A stretch of DNA of 64,000 nucleotides, from positions 192,001 to 256,000 of the forward strand of contig CAWAOD010000013.1 of the NCBI GenBank assembly GCA_963783575.1. The letters run 5' to 3'. The notes under the pieces are model-generated. The model searched no databases. It was not told where the DNA came from and saw only the letters and a list, made by a program, of their open reading frames with translations. Below are positions 10,398 through 20,882 of this stretch, in pieces (the stretch's first letter is position 1; every line of letters begins with the position of its first letter). Made by a program: the position numbers and the translations under genes. This DNA comes from an uncultured Spirochaetota bacterium (GTDB lineage: Bacteria > Spirochaetota > Brevinematia > Brevinematales > JAOACQ01).

Positions 10398-10596
10398 CTT
10401 ACCAATGGGGAAATGTGCCGTATAGCGTTATGCTTGCCGCGAATTTCCCCTTTTTTATTTATTTAGTTTACTATGTCTTATTAAGGGTGGATTTGGAGAT
10501 TGATTTGGATTTTTTTATTTAAAATTGGTAGTTTAAGAAGTTTGGATATATTGAGTTGGAAGAATTTTTAAAAATAAGTAAAATTAAATAATAGGG

Positions 10597-11442
10597 GTGA
10601 AAATAATGAGTGTAATGAAAGGTATAATAGCTTCTACAAATGTGGATTCAGTAGGTGATCGATTTACAAAAGAAGCTATTCTTAGTATGATTGAACAATC
10701 GAAAAATAATTATATAAGAGTAACTTATGAACATGACCCTAGAAAAATACCAATTGGAAGAATTATTGATACTCAATTAATAGAATTTGATGATGGAAAT
10801 TTTGGAATAGAAAATACTTTTGAAATTTTTGATGGAAATAATCCAGTATGTGATGATGAAAAAAAGAGTTAGTTATAGAAAATTTTGAAGATTCTGAAAA
10901 TCTAACTATCTATTATGATGATAGTTATGTAAATAATAATTATTTAAATAAAATTGAAGAATTAAATAATTCTATACAAAAGCATAGCAATTTAAAATAT
11001 TTTGGTAAAAAGTCAATAGAACCATTAAGTATATTAACAATTGCAGGTGTCTATATTGCTGGTAAAATTTTTGAAGGATTTCTAAATAAAATTGGAGAAA
11101 AAATATATTTAAGTTTATCAGATAAATTATATGAAGTTTTAAGGTTACAAAAAAATAAAGATGAAAAAGTATTAGAATTTTCTCTTAATATCAAAAAAGA
11201 TGATAATTTATATCGTATTAATATATTTTTTAACTAATCCAACAAAAGATGATATTAATATTGTTATTAAAAAAGGTTTCAAAAAACTTGATGAACAAAT
11301 AAACAATTATTTAAATCCCTCAATAAAAGAAATTGATATAAATTATAAAAATTGCAAATTTGAAATTACTTATATGCTTAATGGTAAAGCTAAAATATTA
11401 ATTCCAAAAGATGAATTTAAAATTATAGATATAATTGTATAA
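10597..11442 (+). CDS. Cassette 1: prohead-protease-like domain protein, about 280 aa after correcting two homopolymer frameshifts
   Basis: ORFs 10597-10872 and 11200-11442 are bridged by an open intermediate frame (KELVIENF...FGKKSIEPLSILTIAG...RINIF). The shifts fall at an A run (~10860) and a T run (~11228). Colinear with 11621-12424. Confidence 0.6.
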
Positions 11443-11457
11443 TAATTAAAAAAACAC

Positions 11458-11593
11458 CGTACAACGGCCTTGTAGAAAAAGTTAATTTTCAGACAATAAT
11501 CTCCTCTTTTCAAACAACCTTTGATGGTTTTTATCCTTAAGCAGGATGAGATGTGTGGCGGGTTGAAGGAGTTCGGGTATTTCGAGGTGTATG
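11458..11593 (+). repeat. Inter-cassette attC-like repeat, type A (R1)
   Basis: Starts CGTACAAC just after the stop codon and shares TGTAGAAAAAGTTAAT and CCTTAAGC.GGA.GAGA blocks with R2-R7. Confidence 0.8.
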
Positions 11594-11620
11594 AAATGAT
11601 GCTGTTCGCTAGAGGTAAAC

Positions 11621-12424
11621 ATGAAATTTATTAAAGATCAAATTATTTCTGGTACAGAAATTGATTCACAAGGTGAAAAGTTAACTATAAAAGATTTAGA
11701 TTATTTAGCTGAAATTAGTAATCCCAGAGTAAATCTAGGTCAAAGGCATGACTTATCATCAGACAATATAGGCTATATTGAAAATTTTAGAGTTGTAAAA
11801 AGTGAGAAATATTCAGATGAATATTTTTTAATTGGTGATGTATATTTTAATACAGATTCAATTGATGAAGCTCTCAATGGTTTTAGCTTTTCGTTAACAA
11901 AAGTTATTTATGGTGATGCTTCAAAAGAAGCATTATCTGTGTTTATACCATATCCTTATTATAATAAGGATGATTTATTAAAAGATATATATAATAATGA
12001 TTCAAATATAATAGTTGGGAAGTGGATTAAAAAAGAAGCCGATCCTTTATCAATAATACTAATATTAGTTAATTTCCTTTTAAAACCTGTATGGGATTCT
12101 GTCTGGAAAGATAAAATTTATCCAATTCTTATTAAAAATATTAATCAAATAAATAAACTAATGAATAGTACTAATAAATATAATATTATCCAAATTTGTT
12201 TTAATAAATATAAATTCTTAGTTTATTTTATTCCTGACAATGATAATAGTCCAGAGTGTTATCTTGGAGTTAAATTATCTGATGCTATTAACAGAGCTTT
12301 TGAATTCTCAAAAAAATATGATAATATTTCTAAAATTAAATTTTTGTTTGATACACCAACAAAACAATATATACCTTTTATGATTGAACTAAATAATGGA
12401 GAATTTATTAATATACTAAGATGA
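11621..12424 (+). CDS. Cassette 2: prohead-protease-like domain protein
   Basis: IDSQGE..., QRHD...IG and NGFSFS motifs; bracketed by a 19/22 inverted repeat (11586-11607 / 12423-12444). Confidence 0.65.
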   Translation: MKFIKDQIISGTEIDSQGEKLTIKDLDYLAEISNPRVNLGQRHDLSSDNIGYIENFRVVKSEKYSDEYFLIGDVYFNTDSIDEALNGFSFSLTKVIYGDASKEALSVFIPYPYYNKDDLLKDIYNNDSNIIVGKWIKKEADPLSIILILVNFLLKPVWDSVWKDKIYPILIKNINQINKLMNSTNKYNIIQICFNKYKFLVYFIPDNDNSPECYLGVKLSDAINRAFEFSKKYDNISKIKFLFDTPTKQYIPFMIELNNGEFINILR

Positions 12425-12436
12425 ACAGCATCACTT

Positions 12437-12594
12437 CGTACAACGGCTATGTAGAAAAAGCTTATTTCAGAAAATAACCTTCCCTTCTCAAACAACCTGT
12501 AATGGTTTTTGCCCTTAAGCGGGATGAGAGATGCGGGGGAGTTTGAAGGAGATGGCTGGAGGGCTTGGGTAGTTCGGATATTTCGAGTAATACG
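12437..12594 (+). repeat. Inter-cassette attC-like repeat, type A (R2)
   Basis: CGTACAACGGC..TGTAGAAAAAG...GCCCTTAAGCGGGATGAGAGA...TTCGGATATTTCGAGTAATACG. Confidence 0.8.
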
Positions 12595-12656
12595 AAATGC
12601 TGAATTATTTGAAGATAAATACACACAAATCTTTACGGATTATATGGAGATAAATA

Positions 12657-13410
12657 TGATTGAAAAAGATAAGTATGAAAATTTATTAAATAATTTTGAT
12701 TTAGGGGCATCAACTGCAGAAAATGATCCACTTTTGGAGGCTGCCAAAATTGAGACTCAAGAATTCTATGATTTATATTGGAAAGATCGTATTGATATAA
12801 TTAAGGGAATAAAAGGTTCAGGAAAGACTGCATTATATAGACTATTATTTTTTATAAAAGATTATTCCATAGAAAAGAAAAATTTATTTTGTATCTTTGG
12901 TATTGAAGCATCAGGTGATCCGGTATTTCGTTTATTTTATCAAGAATTCGAGAATTATACTGAGATTGAGTTCGAAAATTTTTGGAATATTTATTTTATC
13001 CTTTTAATAAATAATTTGATTGAAGAAGATAGTTCATTAAAAGATAAGCTAAAACTTGATAAAGATATTATAAAAAAAATAATAAATTCAATGGGAATAA
13101 AAATAACAAAAAATCAATATTCTTTGAAGGATTCAATAAGTGGAATACAAATATTATTTAATTCAAAATTAAAATTTGGGGTAAAAACAGATATAGATGA
13201 AAATCTATTACCAAAATCTGTTACTCCATTAATTGAAATTGAACCTCATATCCTTGAAACCATTAAAATAAAACCTATTTATATTACTGAATTTAAAGAA
13301 AAAATTACTAAAATATTAAGTAAACATGATATTAAGATATGGATTATGCTTGATCGTTTAGATGAAGTTTTTCCACATCGCAGTCATATTGAGAAAAGCG
13401 GTTTAAAAAG
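12657..13410 (+). pseudogene. P-loop ATPase cassette, C-terminally truncated
   Basis: GGAG RBS and ATG at 12657; Walker A GIKGSGKT and Walker B IMLDRLDE. The frame runs into unrelated sequence shortly after Walker B. Confidence 0.7.
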
Positions 13411-13411
13411 T

Positions 13412-14183
13412 CAATCAGATTATCACTTCATTATATCTTACTTTATCAAACATGCTTACTAATTCACAAATAATTCAAGTCTGGACAAATAGTTATACTT
13501 CAAATGTTATAACCAATGTACTTACAAATATTGCTGGAACTGGAACAGCCCCAATTTGGCAGACAGTATTTTTTGATGATTTTAATAGAGCGGATGGAAA
13601 TTTGGGTGTAAATTATATCCTATCTAATTCAAACTCAACAACATCACTTTTAAGTAATATGGTCTTTGTTGAAAATACAAATTATGTTTATGGTTCAGGT
13701 AACAATTCTTATTATATTATTTTATATTCTCAGCCAATTACAAATAATAGAATTCGCTTATCATTTAAACTTAAAACTTTATCATTCGATGGGAATGGAT
13801 TTAATATCGGTTTGGGAAATGGTAATAGAGGACAATATGATATATTAGGAATGACTATTATTGGTTCTGGATTTACACCATTTGGATTAAATCCAGGTTT
13901 ATTTTTAGGTGGAACAGGTAATTATACAAATATGGCTTTTCAAACATTGCCTAATACTTTTTATAAGCTAATATTAGAAATTAATAGAAGTTCATCTAAT
14001 CTGATTGGTGAAATAAAAGATGATTCTGATAATAGTATAGTTTTGGGTTCTGTAACATTAACTAATCAAACTTTATTAAGTATATTAACAAATAATTTAG
14101 TAACATTAAGTTTTATGTACCCTGGTAATGTTACAAATTATCAGATTTATTATGACGATTTCAAGATCGAAAAGTTTGAATAA
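13412..14183 (+). CDS. Beta-rich, Asn/Thr-rich probable exported protein lacking its N-terminus
   Basis: The frame is open upstream of M13452 (NQIITSLYLTLSN), with no RBS or signal peptide. FFDDFNR and YYDDFKIE ends are typical of beta-sandwich domains. Confidence 0.55.
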
Positions 14184-14283
14184 ATTAGTATATTTTCTTT
14201 AATTTGTTGTCTAATTTAGAATAAACTAAAGCCATTTGATGGACGTTTCAAACGGCGTCCTGCCGTTTTTATACCGACAATGC

Positions 14284-15628
14284 GGTAGTGTCAAGGATTT
14301 TGCGCACATTTTATAACCCTCAATCTGACAATGAATTATGAAACTCTTTCATTCGTTTGAATATCATTCATCAATTCCATATTCAAATACTTCTTCTCAC
14401 TCCAGACCGAACCCGCAATATGCCTGAGCCTGGCAGCTACCAACATCAATGCCGATTCTCCATCAGGAAAAGCTCCTACAACCCTTGTTCTTCTACGGAT
14501 TTCTTTCATTATCCTTTCAAGGCCATTATTGGTCCTGATCCTTTTCCAATGTTCAACCGGAAAACTATAATACGAAAGTGTTTCTTCAGTTCCGGTTTCT
14601 ACCAATTCGGCAGCTTTAGGCAATTTCATTTCCTTTAACTTTGAAACCACCATACTTTTCTTTCTCCTGGCTTCTTCAATGTCCTCCTGCGCATGGATCG
14701 CTTTTAGCATCGTCGCTACTTCTTTCACTTTGCCCTGCGGTACTAAACTAAAAACATTTCGGTAAAAGTGTACTACACATCTCTGCCATTTTGATTTCGG
14801 ATAGAAGTCAGGTATGATCTCAACCAAGCCTAATACTTTGTCCGATACAATCAGCTCTATGTTTTTCAGACCTCGCTCCTTCAGGTATTTCAGAAAATTA
14901 TTCCAGCTGTCTTTATCTTCCTTTGCTCCTTCTGCTACACCAATTATCTCCCTGAAGCCTTCTTCATTAACTGCTATTGCTACTAATACCGAGACATTTT
15001 TAACCTCACCTCCCCACGTCCGCTTGAGCCATATCCCATCCATATATACATACGCGTAATGACCTTTTATTGGTTCTTTCCGCCATTTATCTATTTCATC
15101 ATATATCTTTTTATTTAGGTTACTAATGGTGCCGGGTGATACCTTTGTTCCCCATAATGCTTCTGTGATATCTTCAACCCTCCTTACAGACACGCCCGCC
15201 AGATACATCTCAATTAATGCTTCTTCCACCGATATCTCACGCCTTTTATATCGCTCAATAATCGCTGTTTCAAATGTCACTTTCCGTAGCTTGGGAATTT
15301 TCAATTTGACTTCACCGGCTCTTGTTAATAGTTTTCTCTCGTAATGTCCGGCTCTGTTACCTTTCCGCTGATCGTTTCTCTCATATTTCTGTGCATTACA
15401 TAGACTATCTGCTTCAGCGTCCAGCATCGCGTTTAATGTTTCTTCAACTGTTTGTCGTACAAATTTTCCCAGATGATCTTTGACTTTTTCCTCGTTAATT
15501 TCGATAATATTATCAGTCATATTAAGTCCTCCTTCTGACTTTTTGGTTTTTGGTCGAACCTTAATATCGTCAGATTGAGGACTTTTTTTTATCCCTTTTT
15601 AAAATGTGCGCAAATATTATACGTTATC
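14284..15628 (-). mobile_element. IS256-family insertion sequence
   Basis: Imperfect terminal IRs sharing TTTGCGCACATTTT; no target duplication visible. Confidence 0.9.
14336..15520 (-). CDS. IS256-family transposase
   Basis: EMYLAGVSVRRV, YVYMDG, WQRCVVHF, RTNNGLER...RRRTRVVGAFP. Confidence 0.96.
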   Translation of the reverse strand: MTDNIIEINEEKVKDHLGKFVRQTVEETLNAMLDAEADSLCNAQKYERNDQRKGNRAGHYERKLLTRAGEVKLKIPKLRKVTFETAIIERYKRREISVEEALIEMYLAGVSVRRVEDITEALWGTKVSPGTISNLNKKIYDEIDKWRKEPIKGHYAYVYMDGIWLKRTWGGEVKNVSVLVAIAVNEEGFREIIGVAEGAKEDKDSWNNFLKYLKERGLKNIELIVSDKVLGLVEIIPDFYPKSKWQRCVVHFYRNVFSLVPQGKVKEVATMLKAIHAQEDIEEARRKKSMVVSKLKEMKLPKAAELVETGTEETLSYYSFPVEHWKRIRTNNGLERIMKEIRRRTRVVGAFPDGESALMLVAARLRHIAGSVWSEKKYLNMELMNDIQTNERVS

Positions 15629-15813
15629 AAGAGGCTACGGCTGCGGTGCTCGGGTTCGCCCGTTAAAGTATTATTTTTAGAGGTAATTTTCAGAATGACA
15701 CATTATTTGGTGTATAGAGAAAATATTATTAACGGGCTCACCAAACCCGCAAACCTAAGCGCGTGGAGCTGGCGCTAAGGTTTGCGGGCTTCGTATAGCC
15801 ACACCGTTGTACG
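15629..15813 (+). repeat. attC site, type B (left end clipped by IS256)
   Basis: Internal IRs (GCCCGTTAA/TTAACGGGC; CCCGCAAACCT/AGGTTTGCGGG) and R' GTTGTACG at 15806. The left part matches the minus-strand site at 24692-24742. Confidence 0.7.
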
Positions 15814-15902
15814 CAATTTTACACGATTTTATTTTTAAAGTTATAAAGATATTTTTTTATAAAAGTTTATCTTTTAATAATTATTTTGTTAGGAGAAACG
15901 AT

Positions 15903-16292
15903 ATGTGGTTATTTATCATTGTAACAATTATTTCATGGATTATTTTAACCTTATTAAGAGTTGGCCTCCATCTTACACTTGCCAATGGATTTAAAATTAA
16001 ACTTGCTAATGGTCATTGGATTTATCTTATTCCACAAATAATTTTGATAATTATTTATTCTTACATAATAGTTATTTTATTCCATAATTTTGATGCAATA
16101 TATTTTTTTATTATGGGTTTAATTTGGCTTGTGCTTGTATTGTGCTTTGAATTTATTGGAACATTAATTATCCAAAAAAAGAGTTTAGAAGAATTATTTG
16201 AAGGTTGGAAGATATGGAAAGGACATATATGGACTTTGGTATTGCTATCACATTTAATTATTCCTTTTATTATTAAAGAGTTTCTTAAATGA
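15903..16292 (+). CDS. Cassette: small four-helix membrane protein
   Basis: AGGAG RBS before ATG 15903; hydrophobic. Cassette ends GTTGTACGCA / TGCGTACAAC are perfectly complementary. Confidence 0.75.
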   Translation: MWLFIIVTIISWIILTLLRVGLHLTLANGFKIKLANGHWIYLIPQIILIIIYSYIIVILFHNFDAIYFFIMGLIWLVLVLCFEFIGTLIIQKKSLEELFEGWKIWKGHIWTLVLLSHLIIPFIIKEFLK

Positions 16293-16325
16293 TGTTTTGC
16301 TCTATGCATGATTTGTGCAAAACTG

Positions 16326-16485
16326 CGTACAACGGTCTTGTAGAAAAAGTTAATTTCAGGTAATAATCTTCCCTTTCCAAACAGTATGTTTGTTTTTACC
16401 CTTAGGCGGGAGGAGAGACGGGGTTTGGCTTAAATGAGAAAGCGGGGGGCGAGATTTGCGAAGATTGTATATCCCGAGTTATATG
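16326..16485 (+). repeat. Inter-cassette attC-like repeat, type A (R4)
   Basis: Same conserved blocks; ends TTGTATATCCCGAGTTATATG with an intact GTT. Confidence 0.8.
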
Positions 16486-16575
16486 CAATGCCGGATCAAA
16501 GTCGTAAATTAATATAGCCCCGATATCCGTACCGGTGTATAATGTGCCCTGTTTTATTTCAGATAGGAGAAATTT

Positions 16576-17478
16576 ATGGGAAATGATATTACAAATGGTA
16601 GATTGAAAAATAAAAATATTACCATTTTTCTGCTCTCAATAATAGCCATTTTTCTTATATTAACCATTTCGATAGCTGGATTTGTTTTAGATGATGGTGG
16701 TAAATCGTATTATTTTTCTTCTTTAAGAGGGGAAAAAGTTGAAATATATGGCGGTCATGGTCTCTATCAATATGATAGTGTTCTTAAAGCAGTAGAGTTT
16801 AAAGGATACAACTGGATTAATATAATTATTGGTTTACCATTATTTGTGTTGGGATTATATTTATTCCATCAAGGCAACTTTAAAGGACAATTAATTCTTA
16901 CAGGTCTTTTTACCCATTATGCCTATAACTATTTAATTGGTGTGATGGGTAATGCTTTTAATATTATGTTTTTAATTTGGACAGCATTATTTTCATTATG
17001 CATATTTGGATTATTTTTTATTTTAAAAAACATTGATTTTAAAACATTACACAATAAATTAGAAAAGAGTTTCCCCAGAAAAAGTCTTTCTATATATATA
17101 ATAATATTTGGTTTATTATTTTATATTCTATATTTACCAAATATTTTAAATTCTTACATAAATGGTAATCCACCAACATCATTAGAGATTTATACAACTC
17201 TTGAACTGGCTTCTTTAGAAATGGGAATAATGGCGCCACTAAGCATTATTGGCGGAATACTTTTATTTAAAAAAATTGCTGCTGGTTATATAATTGTATT
17301 AACTTTAATTTTTACTTCTATTATGACCTTTTTATCTTTAAGTGTTTCTGCTTTATTTCTTTATTTCTTTTATCATAAAGGGGCTTTTAATTTTCAATTT
17401 ATTTTATTATCGATAATTTCAATTGCTTTTATCTCAATAAGTTATAAAAATATCAAGGGAGAAGATATATCCTTATAA
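16576..17478 (+). CDS. Cassette: polytopic membrane protein, function unknown
   Basis: About 8 hydrophobic segments; AGGAG RBS; flanks GTTATATGCAATGCCGGATC and GATCCGGCCATGACAAC are partly complementary. Confidence 0.75.
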   Translation: MGNDITNGRLKNKNITIFLLSIIAIFLILTISIAGFVLDDGGKSYYFSSLRGEKVEIYGGHGLYQYDSVLKAVEFKGYNWINIIIGLPLFVLGLYLFHQGNFKGQLILTGLFTHYAYNYLIGVMGNAFNIMFLIWTALFSLCIFGLFFILKNIDFKTLHNKLEKSFPRKSLSIYIIIFGLLFYILYLPNILNSYINGNPPTSLEIYTTLELASLEMGIMAPLSIIGGILLFKKIAAGYIIVLTLIFTSIMTFLSLSVSALFLYFFYHKGAFNFQFILLSIISIAFISISYKNIKGEDISL

Positions 17479-17547
17479 AATTGTAAATAAAGGAATTAAG
17501 AATCGCCATCCGCGGCTTAGATATTATACTGAAAGTTCGATCCGGCC

Positions 17548-17685
17548 ATGACAACGGCCCTGTAGAAAAAGTCTAATTTCAGGTAATAATCCTCCATTTC
17601 CAAACAGTCTGTTTGGTTTTTGTACTTAAGCGGGATGAGAGACGCGGGAGTGGTTTTGGGGAGTTCTGATATTTTGTATTGTTTG
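17548..17685 (+). repeat. Inter-cassette attC-like repeat, type A (R5)
   Basis: ACAACGGCCCTGTAGAAAAAG...CTTAAGCGGGATGAGAGACGCGGG...GGAGTTCTGATATTTTG. Confidence 0.8.
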
Positions 17686-17780
17686 CCATTGTATGGCGGC
17701 TTTTAATAATTTCAGTTTTTATGATTTAAAATTGTAAAATTATTATTGATTTAATTACAGCTCATATTTATAATTAAGCT

Positions 17781-17990
17781 ATGGAGGGATTCATGGATAC
17801 AATTACAAGAGAAAAATCAGATTTAATGGAAATAATAAAAGATTTTCCTGAAAACAAACTTATTGAGTTATTGGATTTTGCTCAATTTTTAAAATTAAAG
17901 AAACAGGTTGAAAACCAAGTAAATCTAACATCATTTAATGATAAAATTATTAAAGAAGATAAAAATCTATTAACTAGATTAGCTAAATGA
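17781..17990 (+). CDS. Putative antitoxin (DUF2281-like)
   Basis: Small ORF (PENKLIELLDFAQFL) overlapping the Doc-like gene; has its own TTGATT-17-TATAAT promoter at ~17746-17774. Confidence 0.65.
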   Translation: MEGFMDTITREKSDLMEIIKDFPENKLIELLDFAQFLKLKKQVENQVNLTSFNDKIIKEDKNLLTRLAK

Positions 17991-18364
17991 TTAAGATTGA
18001 AGAAGTTATCGGTATACAAGAAAAACTGATCGAAAGCTTTGGTGGAATTAAAGGTTTAAGGGATTTGGGTTTACTTGATTCTGCTTTAAATCGTCCTTTC
18101 ATAACATATGAGCAAAATGATCTTTATGATTCTATTTTTGAAAAAGCCAGTATTTTGATTCTTGGAATAATACAAAATCATCCATTCATTGATGGGAATA
18201 AAAGAATTGGTTATTTTGTATTTAGGGCTTATTTATTATCGCAAGGATATGATATAAAAGCGAATGAAGATGAAAAATATGATTTTGTTATAAAAATTGC
18301 TAAAGGGGATTTATCTTATTCGGATATATTAAAATGGTTAAATAAACATAGTATTGAAGCATAA
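17987..18364 (+). CDS. Doc/Fic-family toxin
   Basis: FGGIKGLRDLGLLDSALNRP and the Fic motif HPFIDGNKR. Confidence 0.92.
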   Translation: MIKIEEVIGIQEKLIESFGGIKGLRDLGLLDSALNRPFITYEQNDLYDSIFEKASILILGIIQNHPFIDGNKRIGYFVFRAYLLSQGYDIKANEDEKYDFVIKIAKGDLSYSDILKWLNKHSIEA

Positions 18365-18585
18365 ATGTGCCATACAACGGCATATAACGGCGGCTATAAT
18401 GCCTCATGCTTGCTCGCTTAGTCCCAGGCATGTCAGGGCTTCACATGTTTTGGTTTTTGCCCTCAAGCTGGAAATGTCAAGAGTTTTTCCCATATCTGCG
18501 CTCGGGTAATTTCCCACCCCTTCCACAAGAGTTTTCCCCATACCTTCCACGTGAGTATTTCCCATAGTGAGGAGGCAAAGAATGG

Positions 18586-19335
18586 TTACTCAACCTCCTT
18601 ATTCAAATTTTGTATTCTGTAAGATTCTCCGCTCAAGTTATAAATATTTGAATGATGTAAAAGCCTATCCAGAAGAGCGGTTGTCATAATCGGGTCTCCC
18701 ATCATTTCAGCCCAATCCTGAAATCCCTTATTCGATGTTATCACAATTGATGTCTTTTCATACAATTCACTTACAAGACTAAAGAATAGATTTGCCTCCT
18801 TCTTTTCGATAGGTGTGTAACCTATCTCATCAATGATTAATAAGTGTGACTTCATCATCCGGTTCAGCCTGAAAGCAGAGCTTCTCTGGATGTCCGCCGT
18901 TTTCAGAAACTTAATGAGAGTAGTCATCCTTTCAAAGCAGACAATATATCCCTTTTCAACTGCCCGGATTCCGATACTAATTGCCAGATGCGTTTTCCCC
19001 AGCCCCGGAGACCCAAAGAACAACAGGTTATGATGATTATCAATCCAGCAGAAATCCAATAGCTGTGAAACATCCATTTTAGATATTCCATTCACTTTTT
19101 CAAAATTAAAACCTTCCACATCTTTGCGGACCGGGAAGTGTGCTCCTGCCATATTCCGCTGAAAACGTTTTTCCACTCTATAATTCAATTCCAGAGAAAG
19201 CAGCCTCTGCAGAAAACTCAGATAAGACTCTTTTGCCTTTTCAGCCTCACCAATTTCCTCATCAATCCGTTTTATCATACCCTTCAACCCGAGAGTTGTA
19301 AGCGCAGTTATGATTTGTTCTCTTATCTTCAACAT
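18586..19335 (-). CDS. istB: IS21 helper ATPase
   Basis: GSPGLGKTHLA, LLIIDEIGY, ITSN, ALLDRLLHH. Confidence 0.95.
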   Translation of the reverse strand: MLKIREQIITALTTLGLKGMIKRIDEEIGEAEKAKESYLSFLQRLLSLELNYRVEKRFQRNMAGAHFPVRKDVEGFNFEKVNGISKMDVSQLLDFCWIDNHHNLLFFGSPGLGKTHLAISIGIRAVEKGYIVCFERMTTLIKFLKTADIQRSSAFRLNRMMKSHLLIIDEIGYTPIEKKEANLFFSLVSELYEKTSIVITSNKGFQDWAEMMGDPIMTTALLDRLLHHSNIYNLSGESYRIQNLNKEVE

Positions 19336-20882
19336 TGCCGGCCCCCGATGGAGTCACAGAAACTCTGGTATTTCCCGATGTCTGATTTAGCTACTTCAAG
19401 ATAGTGTTCAGGATTCACTGAAGGCCTGACAATCTTTTCAACATTCAAGGGTATTTCTGCCTTTTCTGTTATAAAACAGTTCAGGTAATTATCCCACAAA
19501 TCCTTCATGGAATAACTATCACTCTCCAGGCAGTTTGAGATCGCTTGTGTAAGCTTCCCGGTATCAATTATCTTGTCCCTGAAGTATTTTCTTCCGGAAA
19601 GACATTGGTCCCTTACATAACGATTGAACTTCCTGAAATTACATTCAAGAAAATCCTTCCAGCCGGGAATATCAAAGTACCCGCTTACTTCTTCTTTCAA
19701 TAACTGCACAGTCTTTCCCATTTCCCGGATCATTGACCTGTTGGTTACAATCTGCCCCGGAATCACTGAAAGCCGGTATTCGGCGATTTGCTCTCCCGTT
19801 ATCCTGTCAAAGACAAAAAGCCGACTGCCCGTCTTGTAGATGTCCACCGAACCGTTCCTGTATTTTTCGGGAATATCATACTGGCTTGCATCAACTGCGA
19901 TCCGGCATTTATCGCTTACACTGCGCTCTTCCCTTGCTCCTATCCTGTCTTTACGGAATATCGAATTCCTGACAGATTGGAGATATGGTCTTTCCGTTTC
20001 AATCTCTATCAGTGGTATTTTCATTGTAGCCTGGGATATTCTCCCGTTGGCTTTTCTTTCCAGCCATTTCATCAGGCTTTCTTCCGCTTCCATTAAACTG
20101 TTGAACTCCCGGACTGAGAAGAAACCGTGCTTGATGAATTTGACTACGTTTTCAATCTTTCCCTTACTTTCCGGGTCAGCAGGTCGGCACACATACATTT
20201 TAAGACCCATTTCCCCGATGAAATACTGAAAGTCTTTCGTGTAGATGATATCGCCTGAGTTCTCACTCGCAACCATCGTGCAGTCCTGATCGATGACAAG
20301 TTCATGCGGTATCCCGCCCATATATGCGAAACAGTCCAACAGATGATTGATAAGGTCTTCTGTCCGGAATGGCCTCTCCTGGAGGGCCGCATACTTAAAA
20401 CGACTGGCGGATAACACCGCGGCAAATATGTAATACCTTCTGCCATATCTGTCGGTATATTGACCGAAATCAAGCTGGAGCTGCTTTCCATATGGCATGT
20501 CAGGCACTTTTGTGTAATACCGTCGCTTTTCATTCAAGGTAAGCTGCCCGCTTTCAATCAGGTAATGTACGAAATTCCTCATCGTATTTTCATTCGCCGG
20601 TAGTTTGCCTTTTACCTCCAATAAATAGTCATACAAAGCAGACATATTCAGCCGGATGTAATCATTCTTTTCATATACTTTCAATATGTCTGTTTTTATT
20701 CCTTCGAATTCTTTTTCACGGAAAGAGAATTCCATCAGGCTTTTCTGGTATTCGGAATCGTTCATAGCCCAATATTTTCGGACTGTCTTAATATCTATTG
20801 ACAGTTCCCGGGATACACCATTTTTACTTTTCCCCAAAAGTTTCAGTTTTTTTATGTCCTGATACATAATATTTTTCACCAT
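19329..20882 (-). CDS. istA: IS21 transposase
   Basis: N-terminal HTH, QLDFG, IDQ, PESKGKIEN; overlaps istB. Confidence 0.95.
   Translation of the reverse strand: MVKNIMYQDIKKLKLLGKSKNGVSRELSIDIKTVRKYWAMNDSEYQKSLMEFSFREKEFEGIKTDILKVYEKNDYIRLNMSALYDYLLEVKGKLPANENTMRNFVHYLIESGQLTLNEKRRYYTKVPDMPYGKQLQLDFGQYTDRYGRRYYIFAAVLSASRFKYAALQERPFRTEDLINHLLDCFAYMGGIPHELVIDQDCTMVASENSGDIIYTKDFQYFIGEMGLKMYVCRPADPESKGKIENVVKFIKHGFFSVREFNSLMEAEESLMKWLERKANGRISQATMKIPLIEIETERPYLQSVRNSIFRKDRIGAREERSVSDKCRIAVDASQYDIPEKYRNGSVDIYKTGSRLFVFDRITGEQIAEYRLSVIPGQIVTNRSMIREMGKTVQLLKEEVSGYFDIPGWKDFLECNFRKFNRYVRDQCLSGRKYFRDKIIDTGKLTQAISNCLESDSYSMKDLWDNYLNCFITEKAEIPLNVEKIVRPSVNPEHYLEVAKSDIGKYQSFCDSIGGRQC

Noticed and set aside
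10400..10560. Second integrase remnant at the left end of the array
   Set aside because: No recognisable recombinase peptide was found; only a weak att-like end (TTGGATATATTGAGTTGG) is visible.
10597..12424. Prophage remnant suggested by the prohead-protease-like domains
   Set aside because: There are no other phage genes, and the genes sit in the cassette array with att-like boundaries.
12509..12656. N-terminal extension of the ATPase ORF
   Set aside because: It is translated repeat R2 sequence; the RBS-supported start is at 12657.
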